This document shows, in pieces, positions 39,291 through 49,430 of a stretch of DNA of 64,000 nt. Within the stretch, counting starts at the first letter, position 1, and each line of letters begins with the position of its first letter. The position numbers and the translations under genes are program-made. The stretch is from Bacteroidaceae bacterium. Lineage in GTDB: Bacteria; Bacteroidota; Bacteroidia; Bacteroidales; Bacteroidaceae. The notes under the pieces are model-generated. The model was not told the DNA's origin and ran no database searches. It was given only the letters and a program-made list of their open reading frames with translations. The stretch is from positions 10,036 through 74,035 of the forward strand of contig JAKSIU010000002.1 of NCBI GenBank assembly GCA_024398615.1, in the 5' to 3' direction.

Positions 39291-40343
39291 ATGTTCAACG
39301 CCGATACGCTTCTCCATATTCTGGCCGACTGCCTGAGAACCTCCATCCTGGTGGCGGGGCTCGTGACCATCATGATGATGCTCATCGAGGTCTTCAACCT
39401 GAAGTCCGATGGCCGTCTGGTCCGTTCCCTTGAAGGCCGTCCGGTGGGGCAGGTGCTGCTGTCGGCATTTCTCGGCTCGATTCCGGGATGTATGGGCGGT
39501 TTTGCAAGCGTATCCATGTACAATCACGGCATGATAGGTTTCGGGGCTCTGGTGGCCATGATGATAGCTTCATCGGGCGATGAGGCATTCATGATGCTTG
39601 CCATGTTTCCCGGAAAGGCCATCTGGATTACGGTCGTGCTGTTCATTCTGGCCGTAGTCGTGGGACTGCTGCTGAACACCGTCCAAAGCCGTCACGAGGT
39701 CTGCCATTCCATGCAGGTGCACGAAGAGGACAAGTCCGGCCACGTTGAAACCGGCGATTCCAGACATTTCGGCTGGAAGCGTACCGTCCTACTGTTCGGT
39801 GTCGCCCTGTTCCTTGCCGCCCTCCTTCTGGGCCTGCTGGAGGATGACGCGAACGGGGGACAGGTTCCGTTCCGCATTCTGTCAGAGGAATGGATGTACT
39901 GGTTTTTCTCGGCCTTGAGCCTTGTCCTGATAGTAGTGCTGTGCGTTGCCAAGGACCATTTCGTTGAGGAACATCTGTGGGAACATATAGTCTGTCATCA
40001 TCTGCCCGGCATACTGGCATGGACGGCTGGGACGGTGCTTGTGGTTGACCTGCTTGTGCAGAGCGTTGACCTGAACGTATGGATAAGTGACAATACTGCC
40101 CTGATGATTCTTCTTGCAGCACTAATAGGCCTGATTCCCGAATCCGGGCCTCACCTGGTTTTCGTTACGATGTTTGCCGCAGGAGTGGTTCCGATGCCGG
40201 TGCTTCTGGCCAGCTGCATAAGTCAGGATGGCCACGCATCGCTGCCTCTTCTGGCTGAAAGCCGTTCAAGCTGGATAAAGGCCAAAATGTTCAATGTGCT
40301 TTGCGCTTTGGCCATCGGTTACATTTCCATGCTGTTTCTGTAA
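39291..40343 (+). CDS. Polytopic membrane protein, probably the ArsP_2-type putative 10-TM metal transporter family
   Basis: 350 aa, highly hydrophobic, with a His-rich loop (HEVCHSMQVHEEDKSGH). Starts 3 nt after the permease stop. Family assignment is from memory. Confidence 0.45.
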   Translation: MFNADTLLHILADCLRTSILVAGLVTIMMMLIEVFNLKSDGRLVRSLEGRPVGQVLLSAFLGSIPGCMGGFASVSMYNHGMIGFGALVAMMIASSGDEAFMMLAMFPGKAIWITVVLFILAVVVGLLLNTVQSRHEVCHSMQVHEEDKSGHVETGDSRHFGWKRTVLLFGVALFLAALLLGLLEDDANGGQVPFRILSEEWMYWFFSALSLVLIVVLCVAKDHFVEEHLWEHIVCHHLPGILAWTAGTVLVVDLLVQSVDLNVWISDNTALMILLAALIGLIPESGPHLVFVTMFAAGVVPMPVLLASCISQDGHASLPLLAESRSSWIKAKMFNVLCALAIGYISMLFL

Positions 40344-40417
40344 TATTTTTTGTTAAAAACAGACTGGCGTGTTAAATTATTGCAGGCCTGTCTCTCTCTG
40401 GTACGTTTTTTGCGTAT

Positions 40418-41944
40418 ATGTTTTTGACAAAAATAGGAAACTCTATGGTAAAATTAGGAAAACTGATTGCCATTGCTGTGGCTTTAGCCCAGTTACCGGT
40501 GTCTATGGCATCGGCCCAGACCAGACTGACGCTGGAAGAGTGCAGGACAATGGCACTGGAGAACAGCGGACAGTCCAGAATTGCCCGCGAAAAGCTGAAT
40601 GCAGCTCAGTATGACAGGAATGCCGCATTTTCGAATTATCTTCCCAAACTGTCGGCAACAGGGCTGTATCTGCACAATTCCAAGGATATTTCGCTTATCA
40701 CTCCCGAACAGCAGGCATCGATTTCCGGTCTTGGTGACCTTGTCCAGAACGGAATAGGTACTGTGGCACAGTCGCTCATGACCGATCCGCAGTTTATCCA
40801 GCTGGTTATGACCGACCCCACACTGAAATATCTGGTCGGCAAGATGGGCGCTGTGGATGTCCGCGAGGCCCTCAATACAATTGGAACGGACCTGGCTGAC
40901 AACCTGTCAGTCGATCTGGACAATGTGTATGTAGGTCTGGTCAGCCTGGAGCAGCCCCTGTATGTGGGCGGCAAGATCAGAGCGTACAATAAGGTGACTG
41001 CCTATGCCCAGGATCTGGCCCAGGTTCAGCTTGAAGGCGAGGACCAGAAGGTTATGGTGGCTGTTGATGAGGCATACTGGCAGATAGTATCGGTTGCTGC
41101 AAAGCTCAGGCTCACCGAAAAGTATGTGGAACTGCTGCAACAGATGGACAACAACGTGCAGATTATGCAGAAAGAGGGTGTTGCCACACAGTCCGATGCC
41201 CTGTCCGTACGCGTGAAACTGAACGAGGCCCAGATGTCGCAGGTCAAGGCAATGAACGGACTTGCACTTTCAAAGATGCTGCTCTGCCAGCTCTGCGGTC
41301 TGCCGCTTGACAGCGAGATAGTGCTTGCCGATGAGGGCGAGGATGCTCTGGTCGTTCCTGAAGGCCGTTTCCAGTATTCTGAACAGGATATTCTTGAGAA
41401 TCGTCCGGAATTGAGAAGCCTTGATCTGGCTGTGAAGATGTATGATGAGAAGTCACGCATTGTCCGTGCCGATTTTCTGCCTACCGTTGCTCTGATGGGT
41501 AATGTGCTGGTCAGCAATCCATCGTTCTCAAAAGGAATCAAATATGAGTTCGGCAGCATGTGGAACGTGGGTGTGGTGGCAAAACTGCCGCTGTTCCATT
41601 TCGGAGAAGGCCTGAACAAGTACCGCCGTGCAAAGAGCGATGTCCTGATTACGCAGTTCCAGCTGGATGATGCCCGTGAAAAGGTAAGTCTTCAGGTCAA
41701 CCAGTTCGAGAAGAAGATTTCAGAGTGCGATTCCCGTCTGGAGATGGCTCACCGCAATATGGAGAGTGCTGAAGAGAACATGCGTGTGGCTGACATAGGT
41801 TTCAGGGAAGGCGTGGTTGAACCGTCGGTCGTCATGGCGGCCCAGACCGCCTGGCTCAAGGCCAACAGCGAGGAGATTGATGCTGCAATTGAGAGAATAA
41901 TGGCCGATGTCTATCTGCGTCAGGCCGTAGGAATGTTGAAATAA
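40418..41944 (+). CDS. TolC-family outer-membrane efflux protein
   Basis: Signal peptide (...PVSMASAQ) and two OEP-type coiled repeats (LTLEECRTMALENS...). An alternative start is at 40445. Confidence 0.8.
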   Translation: MFLTKIGNSMVKLGKLIAIAVALAQLPVSMASAQTRLTLEECRTMALENSGQSRIAREKLNAAQYDRNAAFSNYLPKLSATGLYLHNSKDISLITPEQQASISGLGDLVQNGIGTVAQSLMTDPQFIQLVMTDPTLKYLVGKMGAVDVREALNTIGTDLADNLSVDLDNVYVGLVSLEQPLYVGGKIRAYNKVTAYAQDLAQVQLEGEDQKVMVAVDEAYWQIVSVAAKLRLTEKYVELLQQMDNNVQIMQKEGVATQSDALSVRVKLNEAQMSQVKAMNGLALSKMLLCQLCGLPLDSEIVLADEGEDALVVPEGRFQYSEQDILENRPELRSLDLAVKMYDEKSRIVRADFLPTVALMGNVLVSNPSFSKGIKYEFGSMWNVGVVAKLPLFHFGEGLNKYRRAKSDVLITQFQLDDAREKVSLQVNQFEKKISECDSRLEMAHRNMESAEENMRVADIGFREGVVEPSVVMAAQTAWLKANSEEIDAAIERIMADVYLRQAVGMLK

Positions 41945-41964
41945 TAACAAGGATTATACAAGTC

Positions 41965-42972
41965 ATGAAGGAAATGGATGAAAAACAGCAGGCTCAAAGG
42001 CTGAACATAGTTATTTCGCTGATATGCTTTGCAGCGGTAATTGCAGTGGTATGCGTGATAGGCATTCTGACGGCCCGTCATACTGATCCGGAATTCGTAC
42101 AGGGTCAGGCCGAGGCCAGTGAATACCGCGTATCGAGCAAGGTGCCCGGCAGGATTGCACGTATTCTGGTCCGTGAGGGACAGGCTGTCAAGGCCGGTGA
42201 TACTCTGGCCATTCTTGACACTCCTGACATTGATGCCAAACTGGCTCAGGCCGAGGCCGTACAGACAGCAGCCACCGCTCAGAACGCTAGAGCGCAGAAG
42301 GGTGCCCGTGAGGAGCAGATTCAGGGCGCTTTCGAACTCTGGCAGAAGGCCAAGGCCGGTCTGGAGATTTACGAGAAGTCATACAAGCGCGTGGAGAACC
42401 TCTTCCAGCAGGGTGTCGTAAGTGAGCAGAAGCGTGACGAGGCCAAGGCCCAGTTCGATGCTGCAGCTGCCACCGAACGTGCCGCCAAGTCACAGTATGA
42501 CATGGCCGTGAACGGTGCTGAAAAGGAAGTCAAGGAAATGGCCGCAGCCCAGATGCAGCAGGCGCAGGGCGTTGTGGCTGAAGTCAATTCATACATTGCC
42601 GAGACTATTCTCATTGCCAGTGCAGACGGTGAGGTCAGCGAGATCTTCCCTATGGTGGGCGAACTGGTGGGAACCGGTGCCCCAATCATGAACATTGCAG
42701 TCTTGGATGACATGTGGGCCAGCTTCAACATCCGCGAGGACCTTCTCAAGGATCTGGGTGTCGGAACACAGTTCAAGTCATACGTTCCGGCTCTTGACCG
42801 CGACATCACCATGGAAGTGACCAGCATGCGTGATCTGGGTTCGTATGCTGTATGGCGTGCCACAAAGGCAAAGGGTCAGTATGACCTGAAGACCTTCGAG
42901 CTTCGTGCCGTTCCGGTTGAACCGGTTGAAGGCCTGCGTCCCGGAATGAGTGTCCTCATTGAAAAGAAGTAA
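41965..42972 (+). CDS. HlyD-family membrane-fusion (periplasmic adaptor) protein
   Basis: Single N-terminal TM helix, lipoyl-like hairpin (VKAGDTLAILD), long coiled coil and a beta-barrel C-terminus. Confidence 0.8.
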   Translation: MKEMDEKQQAQRLNIVISLICFAAVIAVVCVIGILTARHTDPEFVQGQAEASEYRVSSKVPGRIARILVREGQAVKAGDTLAILDTPDIDAKLAQAEAVQTAATAQNARAQKGAREEQIQGAFELWQKAKAGLEIYEKSYKRVENLFQQGVVSEQKRDEAKAQFDAAAATERAAKSQYDMAVNGAEKEVKEMAAAQMQQAQGVVAEVNSYIAETILIASADGEVSEIFPMVGELVGTGAPIMNIAVLDDMWASFNIREDLLKDLGVGTQFKSYVPALDRDITMEVTSMRDLGSYAVWRATKAKGQYDLKTFELRAVPVEPVEGLRPGMSVLIEKK

Positions 42973-44148
42973 GTGATGTCCGGAAGAAAACATACGGTAC
43001 TGAAAATAGCATACCGCGAGCTGGGACGCATGACTTCCCGTCCGCTGTATGTGCTGAGCATGGTGATTGCACCACTGTTCTGCTACATTTTCTTTACCAC
43101 ACTCATGAAGGAGGGACTGCCTCAGGATCTTCCGGCCGGAGTAGTCGATGCCGACAATTCATCGGTCTCCAGAAACATACTGAGAAATCTGGACGCTTAT
43201 CAGCAGACCGAATTCATAAGGCAGTATTCCAATTTCGGTGAGGCACGTCAGGCAATGCAGAGAGGCGAGATATACGGTTTCTTCTACATTCCTGAAGGAT
43301 TGGAGCACGATGCCTCAAACCAGAACCAGCCGCTCATTTCAATCTACACGAACGGTTCATATCTTATCCCGTCCAGCCTTCTGTACCGGGATATGAAGAC
43401 CATGGCCACAATGGCAAGCGCCGGAGTGGGGCGCGAAGTGCTGCTGGCCCGCGGTGCCGGTATGGATCAGGCAATGGGCTTCCTGCAGCCTATCCAGATT
43501 GACATGCATGCTCTTGGCAACCCGATGCTGAACTATTCGGTATATCTGAGCAATACTCTTCTCCCTGCCGTTCTTGCTCTCATGGTGCTCATGATAACCT
43601 GCTTCTCAATCCATACGGAACTGAAGGACGGGACAATGCGTGAGTGGATGGAACTGGCTGACGGAAACGTGCTGAAAGCCGTGAGCGGCAAGCTGCTGCC
43701 TCAGACCCTCCTGTTTGTGCTGATGGCTGTCATATACCTTATTCTTTTATATGGGTATCTGGAATTCCCGCTTGAGAATGGAATCTGGCCCATGCTTCTG
43801 GCAGCGGTAATGCTTATCCTGGCTTCGCAGGGCTTTGCCGTGTTCATAGCCGCTGCAATACCATCGCTCAGATGGTCGCTCAGCCTGTGTACGCTCTGGG
43901 GCGTCCTGTCCATTCCAATCTGCGGTTTCTCGTTCCCGGTAATGGGAATGCCGGCTCCACTGAGGGCCATGTCATGGCTTTTCCCGTTGAGACACTATTT
44001 CCTGATATACGTAGATCAGGCCCTGAATGGTATTCCGCTCATTTACAGTGCCTGGTACTATGTGGCATTTCTGGGATTCATGCTCATGCCTCTGCTTGAC
44101 ATATGGCTGCTCAAGAAGACCGCATACAAATACACCTATCTGCTATGA
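42973..44148 (+). CDS. ABC-2 type transporter permease (YhhJ/YbhS-like, with a large extracytoplasmic loop)
   Basis: One N-terminal TM helix, a ~150-aa loop, then 5 C-terminal TM helices. The start is GTG 42973 or ATG 42976, directly after the HlyD stop. Confidence 0.75.
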   Translation: MMSGRKHTVLKIAYRELGRMTSRPLYVLSMVIAPLFCYIFFTTLMKEGLPQDLPAGVVDADNSSVSRNILRNLDAYQQTEFIRQYSNFGEARQAMQRGEIYGFFYIPEGLEHDASNQNQPLISIYTNGSYLIPSSLLYRDMKTMATMASAGVGREVLLARGAGMDQAMGFLQPIQIDMHALGNPMLNYSVYLSNTLLPAVLALMVLMITCFSIHTELKDGTMREWMELADGNVLKAVSGKLLPQTLLFVLMAVIYLILLYGYLEFPLENGIWPMLLAAVMLILASQGFAVFIAAAIPSLRWSLSLCTLWGVLSIPICGFSFPVMGMPAPLRAMSWLFPLRHYFLIYVDQALNGIPLIYSAWYYVAFLGFMLMPLLDIWLLKKTAYKYTYLL

Positions 44149-45467
44149 TGAAGAGTATCAGAAATCTTCTGTCTGTATGCGGACAGGAACTCAGAAAGAA
44201 CATCTCCGACACAGGAGTCATGGTGTTCTTCCTGATAGTCCCTTTGCTTTATCCGCTCCTCTATGCATATCTGTACAGCGGTGAGGTGGTTCGGGAAGTC
44301 CCGGTCGTGGCCGTCGATCAGGATCGCAGTGCCATTAGCCGTGAGTTTCTGAGAAAGGCCGATGCCACACCGGACCTGCACATTATCCAGTATTGCAGCG
44401 ATATGGAGGAGGCACGTGAACTGATGCGCCGTCATAAGTCATACGGAGTGATTCTTGTTCCCGATGATTTCAGCAGTTTGCTGGTTGCCGGGCATCAGGC
44501 TACAGTTGCCACATACTGCGACATGAGCGGTCTGCTCTATTACAAGGCTCTTCTGAGCGGTGCCACGATGGTTTCGCTTGACATGAACCGTGATATCCAG
44601 ATAGAGCGTCTTGCCGGTCTGACGCGTGAACAGCTTAAGGTCCAGACCATGCCTGTCGAGAACGAGTACATCACCATGTTCAATCCGGCTAACGGTTTCC
44701 AGGGCTTCCTGATTCCTGCCGTGCTGATTCTCATTATCCAGCAGACCATGGTGCTTGGCGTATGCATGATGTCGGGTACGGAATATGAGCTCAGGAAAAA
44801 GGGTAAACTGTTCCTTGGCAGGGAATATAAGGATCCGCTTGTGGTCCTGTTCGGCAAGTCGCTTGCCTATATTCTGGTCTATGCACTGATGTCAGTCTAT
44901 CTGCTCATGCTAGTTCCGCATCTGTTCCACATGCCTCAGCTGGCCAACCGTGCCACACTGACGGCCTTCATGGTGCCTTTCCTTCTGGCATGCGTGTTCT
45001 TCTCGATTTTCCTGTCATTCTTTGTCAGAGACAGGGAATCCGGATTCCTGCTGTTCGTGTTCGTCTCGGTTCCGATGATTTTCATGTCCGGCATTTCGTG
45101 GCCGGCCTCGAACATGCCCGGTGCATGGCGTTTCCTGGCACAGCTGTTCCCATCGACTCATGGTATCAACGGCTTCTGCCGCATAATCGGCAATGGAGCG
45201 CTGTTGGGCGATGTCCGTAAGGAGTATATGCTGTTATGGGTTCTGGCCGGAATCTATTTCCTGTGCTCGCTTTCGGCATTCCTGCTGTTTTACCGCTCAA
45301 GCCATATTCCAGGCATTGAGTTCATCAGAGAACGCCGCAACAGACGCCGTGAGATAATGTCGCAGCGTCTGGATGTGGTCGGTGACAAGATAAAGACGGT
45401 TCGGGCTGAAATCCGTGAAGACGTCAGGGAAAGACGCGACAGGAACAGGAATCAGTCCAACGGATGA
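44145..45467 (+). CDS. ABC-2 type transporter permease (second paralog), with an Arg-rich C-terminal tail
   Basis: Same topology as the upstream gene. The start MMKSIRNLL at 44145 overlaps the upstream stop (ATGA). The tail is RERRNRRREI...RERRDRNRNQSNG. Confidence 0.75.
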   Translation: MMKSIRNLLSVCGQELRKNISDTGVMVFFLIVPLLYPLLYAYLYSGEVVREVPVVAVDQDRSAISREFLRKADATPDLHIIQYCSDMEEARELMRRHKSYGVILVPDDFSSLLVAGHQATVATYCDMSGLLYYKALLSGATMVSLDMNRDIQIERLAGLTREQLKVQTMPVENEYITMFNPANGFQGFLIPAVLILIIQQTMVLGVCMMSGTEYELRKKGKLFLGREYKDPLVVLFGKSLAYILVYALMSVYLLMLVPHLFHMPQLANRATLTAFMVPFLLACVFFSIFLSFFVRDRESGFLLFVFVSVPMIFMSGISWPASNMPGAWRFLAQLFPSTHGINGFCRIIGNGALLGDVRKEYMLLWVLAGIYFLCSLSAFLLFYRSSHIPGIEFIRERRNRRREIMSQRLDVVGDKIKTVRAEIREDVRERRDRNRNQSNG

Positions 45468-46501
45468 TAGTATCTCGCCTTCAGACCGGTTGAAGGGTGC
45501 ATAATGGCAATAAAGTCGGAAAGCAGCCGTTCGGGATGGAAGGCGGTCTCTTCGAAATAGGGTGTGCGGTAAACGTCGCACACCCATATTTTTTTCTCGA
45601 TGAAAGGACGGAAACGTGCGTATCCGCCGAAATCGCTTTCCAGCAGAGCGTATGTCATGGTGTGGTCCGTGCTGTTCTTCAGGAGCCAGATGTCGCTGTC
45701 ATGTGCCTGTTCCAGAACGGTCTCGAACGGGAGGGGTATGGAACCGCTTTCCTTGCGGTCCCTGAATGCATAACTGGCTCCGGCATCGGAAAGCGTAATG
45801 CCGATGGTGCTGCCTCCTCCTGCGGTGTACCAGGCTGAACCGCTGCGGGTGTCAAGCATGACCTTGGGGCGTTCCTGTGTTGTGGCGGCCAGACTGCACA
45901 GTTTCATGTACCGGTCCCGAATGTTGAGGAAAAGGGAATCGGCCTTTGCTTCAACACCCATGAGACGGCCGTAGAGACGGATCCATTCGGCGCGGCCAAG
46001 GGGAGAGGTCTCCATGTAGTCGGCGCATTGGATAAGCGGAATGCCAAGTTTCTCAAGCTGTGAGTAGTTGCCGCCTTCGAATGGCGAGATGAAGATGGCA
46101 TCGGGTGCCAGATCCATAATGCGTTCCACGTTCGGGTACATGCCGCTTCCGCAGTCGGCAATACGGCCATCTCTGACCATTGCCTGAATCGTGGAATCGG
46201 AAATGTATTCAGGTTCCGAGACGCCTGCAATCTTTTCCGCTATGTCGAGTTCCGAGAAAAGTGCGGCCAGACTGTTTGTGCTGACAATGACTTTTTCAAA
46301 AGCCCTGTCGATTGTGAATTCCTGCAACAGGGCATCTGATTTCCATGGATTGGCAATCTGAACATTACAGCTGTCCGATATTCCCAGGAGTGTGGCGTAT
46401 TCAATGATTCCGCGCTCGTGGACTGAATGTGTATCAGAACCGCAGCCTGCCAGTGCCAGACACAGGCAGGCTTGAACGGCTATGGTCCTGATGAGTCTCA
46501 T
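45452..46501 (-). CDS. ABC transporter substrate-binding lipoprotein (BtuF/FhuD-like, class III periplasmic binding protein)
   Basis: Lipobox LALAGCGS. Periplasmic-binding-protein-2-type pattern (IFISPFEGG, PKVMLDTRSGSAWYTAGG). Its 3' end overlaps the convergent permease gene by 16 nt. Confidence 0.7.
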   Translation of the reverse strand: MRLIRTIAVQACLCLALAGCGSDTHSVHERGIIEYATLLGISDSCNVQIANPWKSDALLQEFTIDRAFEKVIVSTNSLAALFSELDIAEKIAGVSEPEYISDSTIQAMVRDGRIADCGSGMYPNVERIMDLAPDAIFISPFEGGNYSQLEKLGIPLIQCADYMETSPLGRAEWIRLYGRLMGVEAKADSLFLNIRDRYMKLCSLAATTQERPKVMLDTRSGSAWYTAGGGSTIGITLSDAGASYAFRDRKESGSIPLPFETVLEQAHDSDIWLLKNSTDHTMTYALLESDFGGYARFRPFIEKKIWVCDVYRTPYFEETAFHPERLLSDFIAIMHPSTGLKARYYHPLD

Positions 46502-46519
46502 TCGGTTGGAACGGTAGGA

Positions 46520-47824
46520 TTATTTCATTCTGATCCAGGAACCGAGTTCCTTCCAGGTAGGTTTCTTGCCGTGCATATATACACCGACACGGAAAATCCT
46601 GGCGGCCAGCCATGTCATGGCAAGGAATGACAGATACAGCACGACAACGGATACTATGATCTGCCATGCGGGTATTCCGAACGGAATGCGTGCCATCATG
46701 ACTATTGGCGATGTGAAAGGAATCATGGAACACCAGAAGACCAGTCCGGAGTTGGGGTCGTTCATTATGTTCATCATGACGATGATGGCCAGAACGATAG
46801 GCATCATTATGATGGTGTTGAACTGTGCGGCATCCTGCGGAGTGTCAACTGCAGAACCTATGGCAGCGTACATGGCAGCGTAGAACAGGAAACCACCTAC
46901 AATGAACAGCAGCAGTTCAATGAACAGACTGAGTATGAATCCGGTATCGGTGAATTTACTCACAATGTTCATGACATCGGCATCCTGGATGGAAGCGACT
47001 GCATCGGCAGGGAAAAGGGCCGGCATGATGAATGCACTGGCACATCCTATCAGAACGCCCCAGATGAGAATCTGGACTGCGGCCACTGCGGCTATGCCCA
47101 GAATCTTGCCCATCATAAGTTCGAAGGGCGTGCATGAGGTGACCATCACGTCAAGAACGCGGGTCTGCTTCTCGTCAATGACAGACTGAAGCACCTGCTG
47201 GCCGTAAACGATGAGAATGAAATAGAGCATCATACCCAGGACAAGACCGAGTATGAACGAGGCCGATGATGAAGTTGCCTCAACCGCTGCCGAGTCATCT
47301 TCATTGCCGTTGTTCTTGACGGTCTGAAGTCCACCGACCTTGAACGATGCGTCGGCAAGGATACGGTCAAGTTCCGGAGAGTCATAGCGGCTGAGACGTT
47401 CCTGACGTATTGCGTTCTGAAGCTGGCTCTGAATGTTCTCTTCCACAGACATGGACGGGGCATCATTGAGAATGAACTGAATGTTGGCAGGATTGTCAAC
47501 GACATCGCTGCCCAACACCAGAATGCCGTATGTGCTGTCTGCGTTTCCATAGCGTGTGCGGGCCTGACCGGCAGTGACAGAAGGATCAAGCAGCTGGAAG
47601 GTGACGGTCGAGCCGGATTCCAGGCTCTTGCCTATCTTCTGTTCAGGACTGTTGTCTATCACCGCCACTGTCTTGGCATCGGTCTTACCCAAAACCATCA
47701 TGAGTGACGGGGCTGCCATGAGGGCTATCATTAACAGTGGTGTCAGGATGGTGGTGATGATGAATGATTTCTTGCGGGTGCGCTCTGTGAATTCGCGCGA
47801 TATGATAAGTCCTATCTTACTCAT
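46520..47824 (-). CDS. ABC-2 family permease, NatB-like
   Basis: 434 aa with an N-terminal TM helix, a large external domain and 5-6 C-terminal TM helices. Sits downstream of a NatA-like ATPase. Confidence 0.7.
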   Translation of the reverse strand: MSKIGLIISREFTERTRKKSFIITTILTPLLMIALMAAPSLMMVLGKTDAKTVAVIDNSPEQKIGKSLESGSTVTFQLLDPSVTAGQARTRYGNADSTYGILVLGSDVVDNPANIQFILNDAPSMSVEENIQSQLQNAIRQERLSRYDSPELDRILADASFKVGGLQTVKNNGNEDDSAAVEATSSSASFILGLVLGMMLYFILIVYGQQVLQSVIDEKQTRVLDVMVTSCTPFELMMGKILGIAAVAAVQILIWGVLIGCASAFIMPALFPADAVASIQDADVMNIVSKFTDTGFILSLFIELLLFIVGGFLFYAAMYAAIGSAVDTPQDAAQFNTIIMMPIVLAIIVMMNIMNDPNSGLVFWCSMIPFTSPIVMMARIPFGIPAWQIIVSVVVLYLSFLAMTWLAARIFRVGVYMHGKKPTWKELGSWIRMK

Positions 47825-47838
47825 AGTTCTGTACGGTA

Positions 47839-48777
47839 TTAAAGTGTGCCGTTCACGGCGCGGATGAATATGTCGTTCATACTGGGTACAATCTCCTGGA
47901 AGGCCCGCAGGTCGCAGTTGTCATTGAGAACGGATATCACATCCTTGAGGTTGCAGGTTTCCGGGATGTGGATCTTCTGCTGGGAAAAGCCTCCGAGAAC
48001 GCCTTCGGCTTCTCCAATCAGTGTGACCTTGTCCTTTATGCTGTCAAGGAAAAGCTGACGGTCGCAGCCGTAGGTTACCAGATAGCTGCCCGCTCCGGCT
48101 CTGTGACGGATTTCCTGGACCGGACCGGAAAGAACATTGTGCGATTTGTTTATAAGGGTTATGTCATCGCAGATCTCTTCTACAGACTCCATGTTGTGGG
48201 TCGAGAAGATTACGGTGGCGCCACGGTCCCTGAGTCCAAGAATCTCCTGTTTCAGAGTGTTTGCATTGATGGGGTCAAAACCGGAAAATGGTTCATCGAA
48301 TATGAGCAGTTTTGGCTCGTGTACGACAGTGGTGATGAACTGAACCTTCTGTGCCATGCCTTTTGACAGGTCTTCAACCTTCTTGTCCCACCATTCATCA
48401 AGTTCCAGACGTTCAAACCACTGCTTGAGCCGTCTGGTGGCGTCATAATGGCTCATTCCGCGCAGGCGGGCAAAGAAGACGGCCTGTTCGCCGACTTTCA
48501 TCTTCTTGTACAGTCCGCGTTCTTCGGGCATGTATCCAATCTGGAAAATGTCTTTGTCGCTTATTTCATGTCCTTCAAAGAATACCTTTCCACAATCGGG
48601 AAAAGTCATGTGGTTGATAACGCGTATCAGCGTTGTCTTTCCGGCTCCGTTAGGGCCAAGCAGGCCATAGATGGAACCCTGCGGTATTTCCAGGGATACA
48701 TCATCCAGCGCCTTGTGTCCGGTGTAGGTTTTGGAAACGTGTTCGATTTTAAGAATTGGTTCAGACATTGTCGTCAT
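47839..48777 (-). CDS. ABC transporter ATP-binding protein, NatA-like
   Basis: Walker A GPNGAGKTT, signature LSKGMAQK and Walker B LLIFDEPFSGFD. Confidence 0.85.
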   Translation of the reverse strand: MTTMSEPILKIEHVSKTYTGHKALDDVSLEIPQGSIYGLLGPNGAGKTTLIRVINHMTFPDCGKVFFEGHEISDKDIFQIGYMPEERGLYKKMKVGEQAVFFARLRGMSHYDATRRLKQWFERLELDEWWDKKVEDLSKGMAQKVQFITTVVHEPKLLIFDEPFSGFDPINANTLKQEILGLRDRGATVIFSTHNMESVEEICDDITLINKSHNVLSGPVQEIRHRAGAGSYLVTYGCDRQLFLDSIKDKVTLIGEAEGVLGGFSQQKIHIPETCNLKDVISVLNDNCDLRAFQEIVPSMNDIFIRAVNGTL

Positions 48778-49421
48778 TATTTGAATATTGTGTTGAAAAT
48801 GATATCGGTTATGACACTGTCACCCTGTTCCGTGGGGTGAATGGTGTCAGGAAAATACTGGCCCTTGCCAATGAATGGAGTGTACAGGTCAATGACCGGC
48901 AGTCCCTCCTGCTGTGCCACTTCCTTGAGCCCGGGGATGACGAAGGCCGATATGATGCTGTCATCGATGCTCCATGCATGGCCCATGGCAGGTGTCGGAA
49001 GCATAAGCCAGATCTCTGGATTTGAAGGCAGAGAGCGAAGCTCGTCAATCATGGCTTTGGCATCGGTCTTGAACTGCTCCTGGTCTTTCCAGTTGTATGG
49101 CTTGCTGTCATTGGTGCCAAGAAGCAGAGTGATTATCTGAGGATTGAATTCAAGAGCGTCGCGGTACGCCTGCTCGTTTGAATAAGGCATATCGGTTCCG
49201 TTCATCAATGTAACTCCACATACTCCGAAATTGCGTACATCGTATTTGTCACCCAATATTTTTCCAAGCTGGGCGGGGTATGTGTCATTATCTCTGTCGG
49301 CTATACCATGACCGTATGTAATGCTGTCTCCCATGCATGCTACTCTGACGGGTTCCTTCTTACATGATGATACTGCGCACAGAATGATTGCTGCAGTCAA
49401 AAGTTTTCCAAATGTTTTCAT
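48777..49421 (-). CDS. SGNH/GDSL-family hydrolase (secreted or lipoprotein esterase)
   Basis: Signal sequence ending AVSSC, block I CMGDSITYG, block III LLGTNDS and block V DTIHP. Confidence 0.8.
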   Translation of the reverse strand: MKTFGKLLTAAIILCAVSSCKKEPVRVACMGDSITYGHGIADRDNDTYPAQLGKILGDKYDVRNFGVCGVTLMNGTDMPYSNEQAYRDALEFNPQIITLLLGTNDSKPYNWKDQEQFKTDAKAMIDELRSLPSNPEIWLMLPTPAMGHAWSIDDSIISAFVIPGLKEVAQQEGLPVIDLYTPFIGKGQYFPDTIHPTEQGDSVITDIIFNTIFK

Positions 49422-49430
49422 ATCCAGTTG

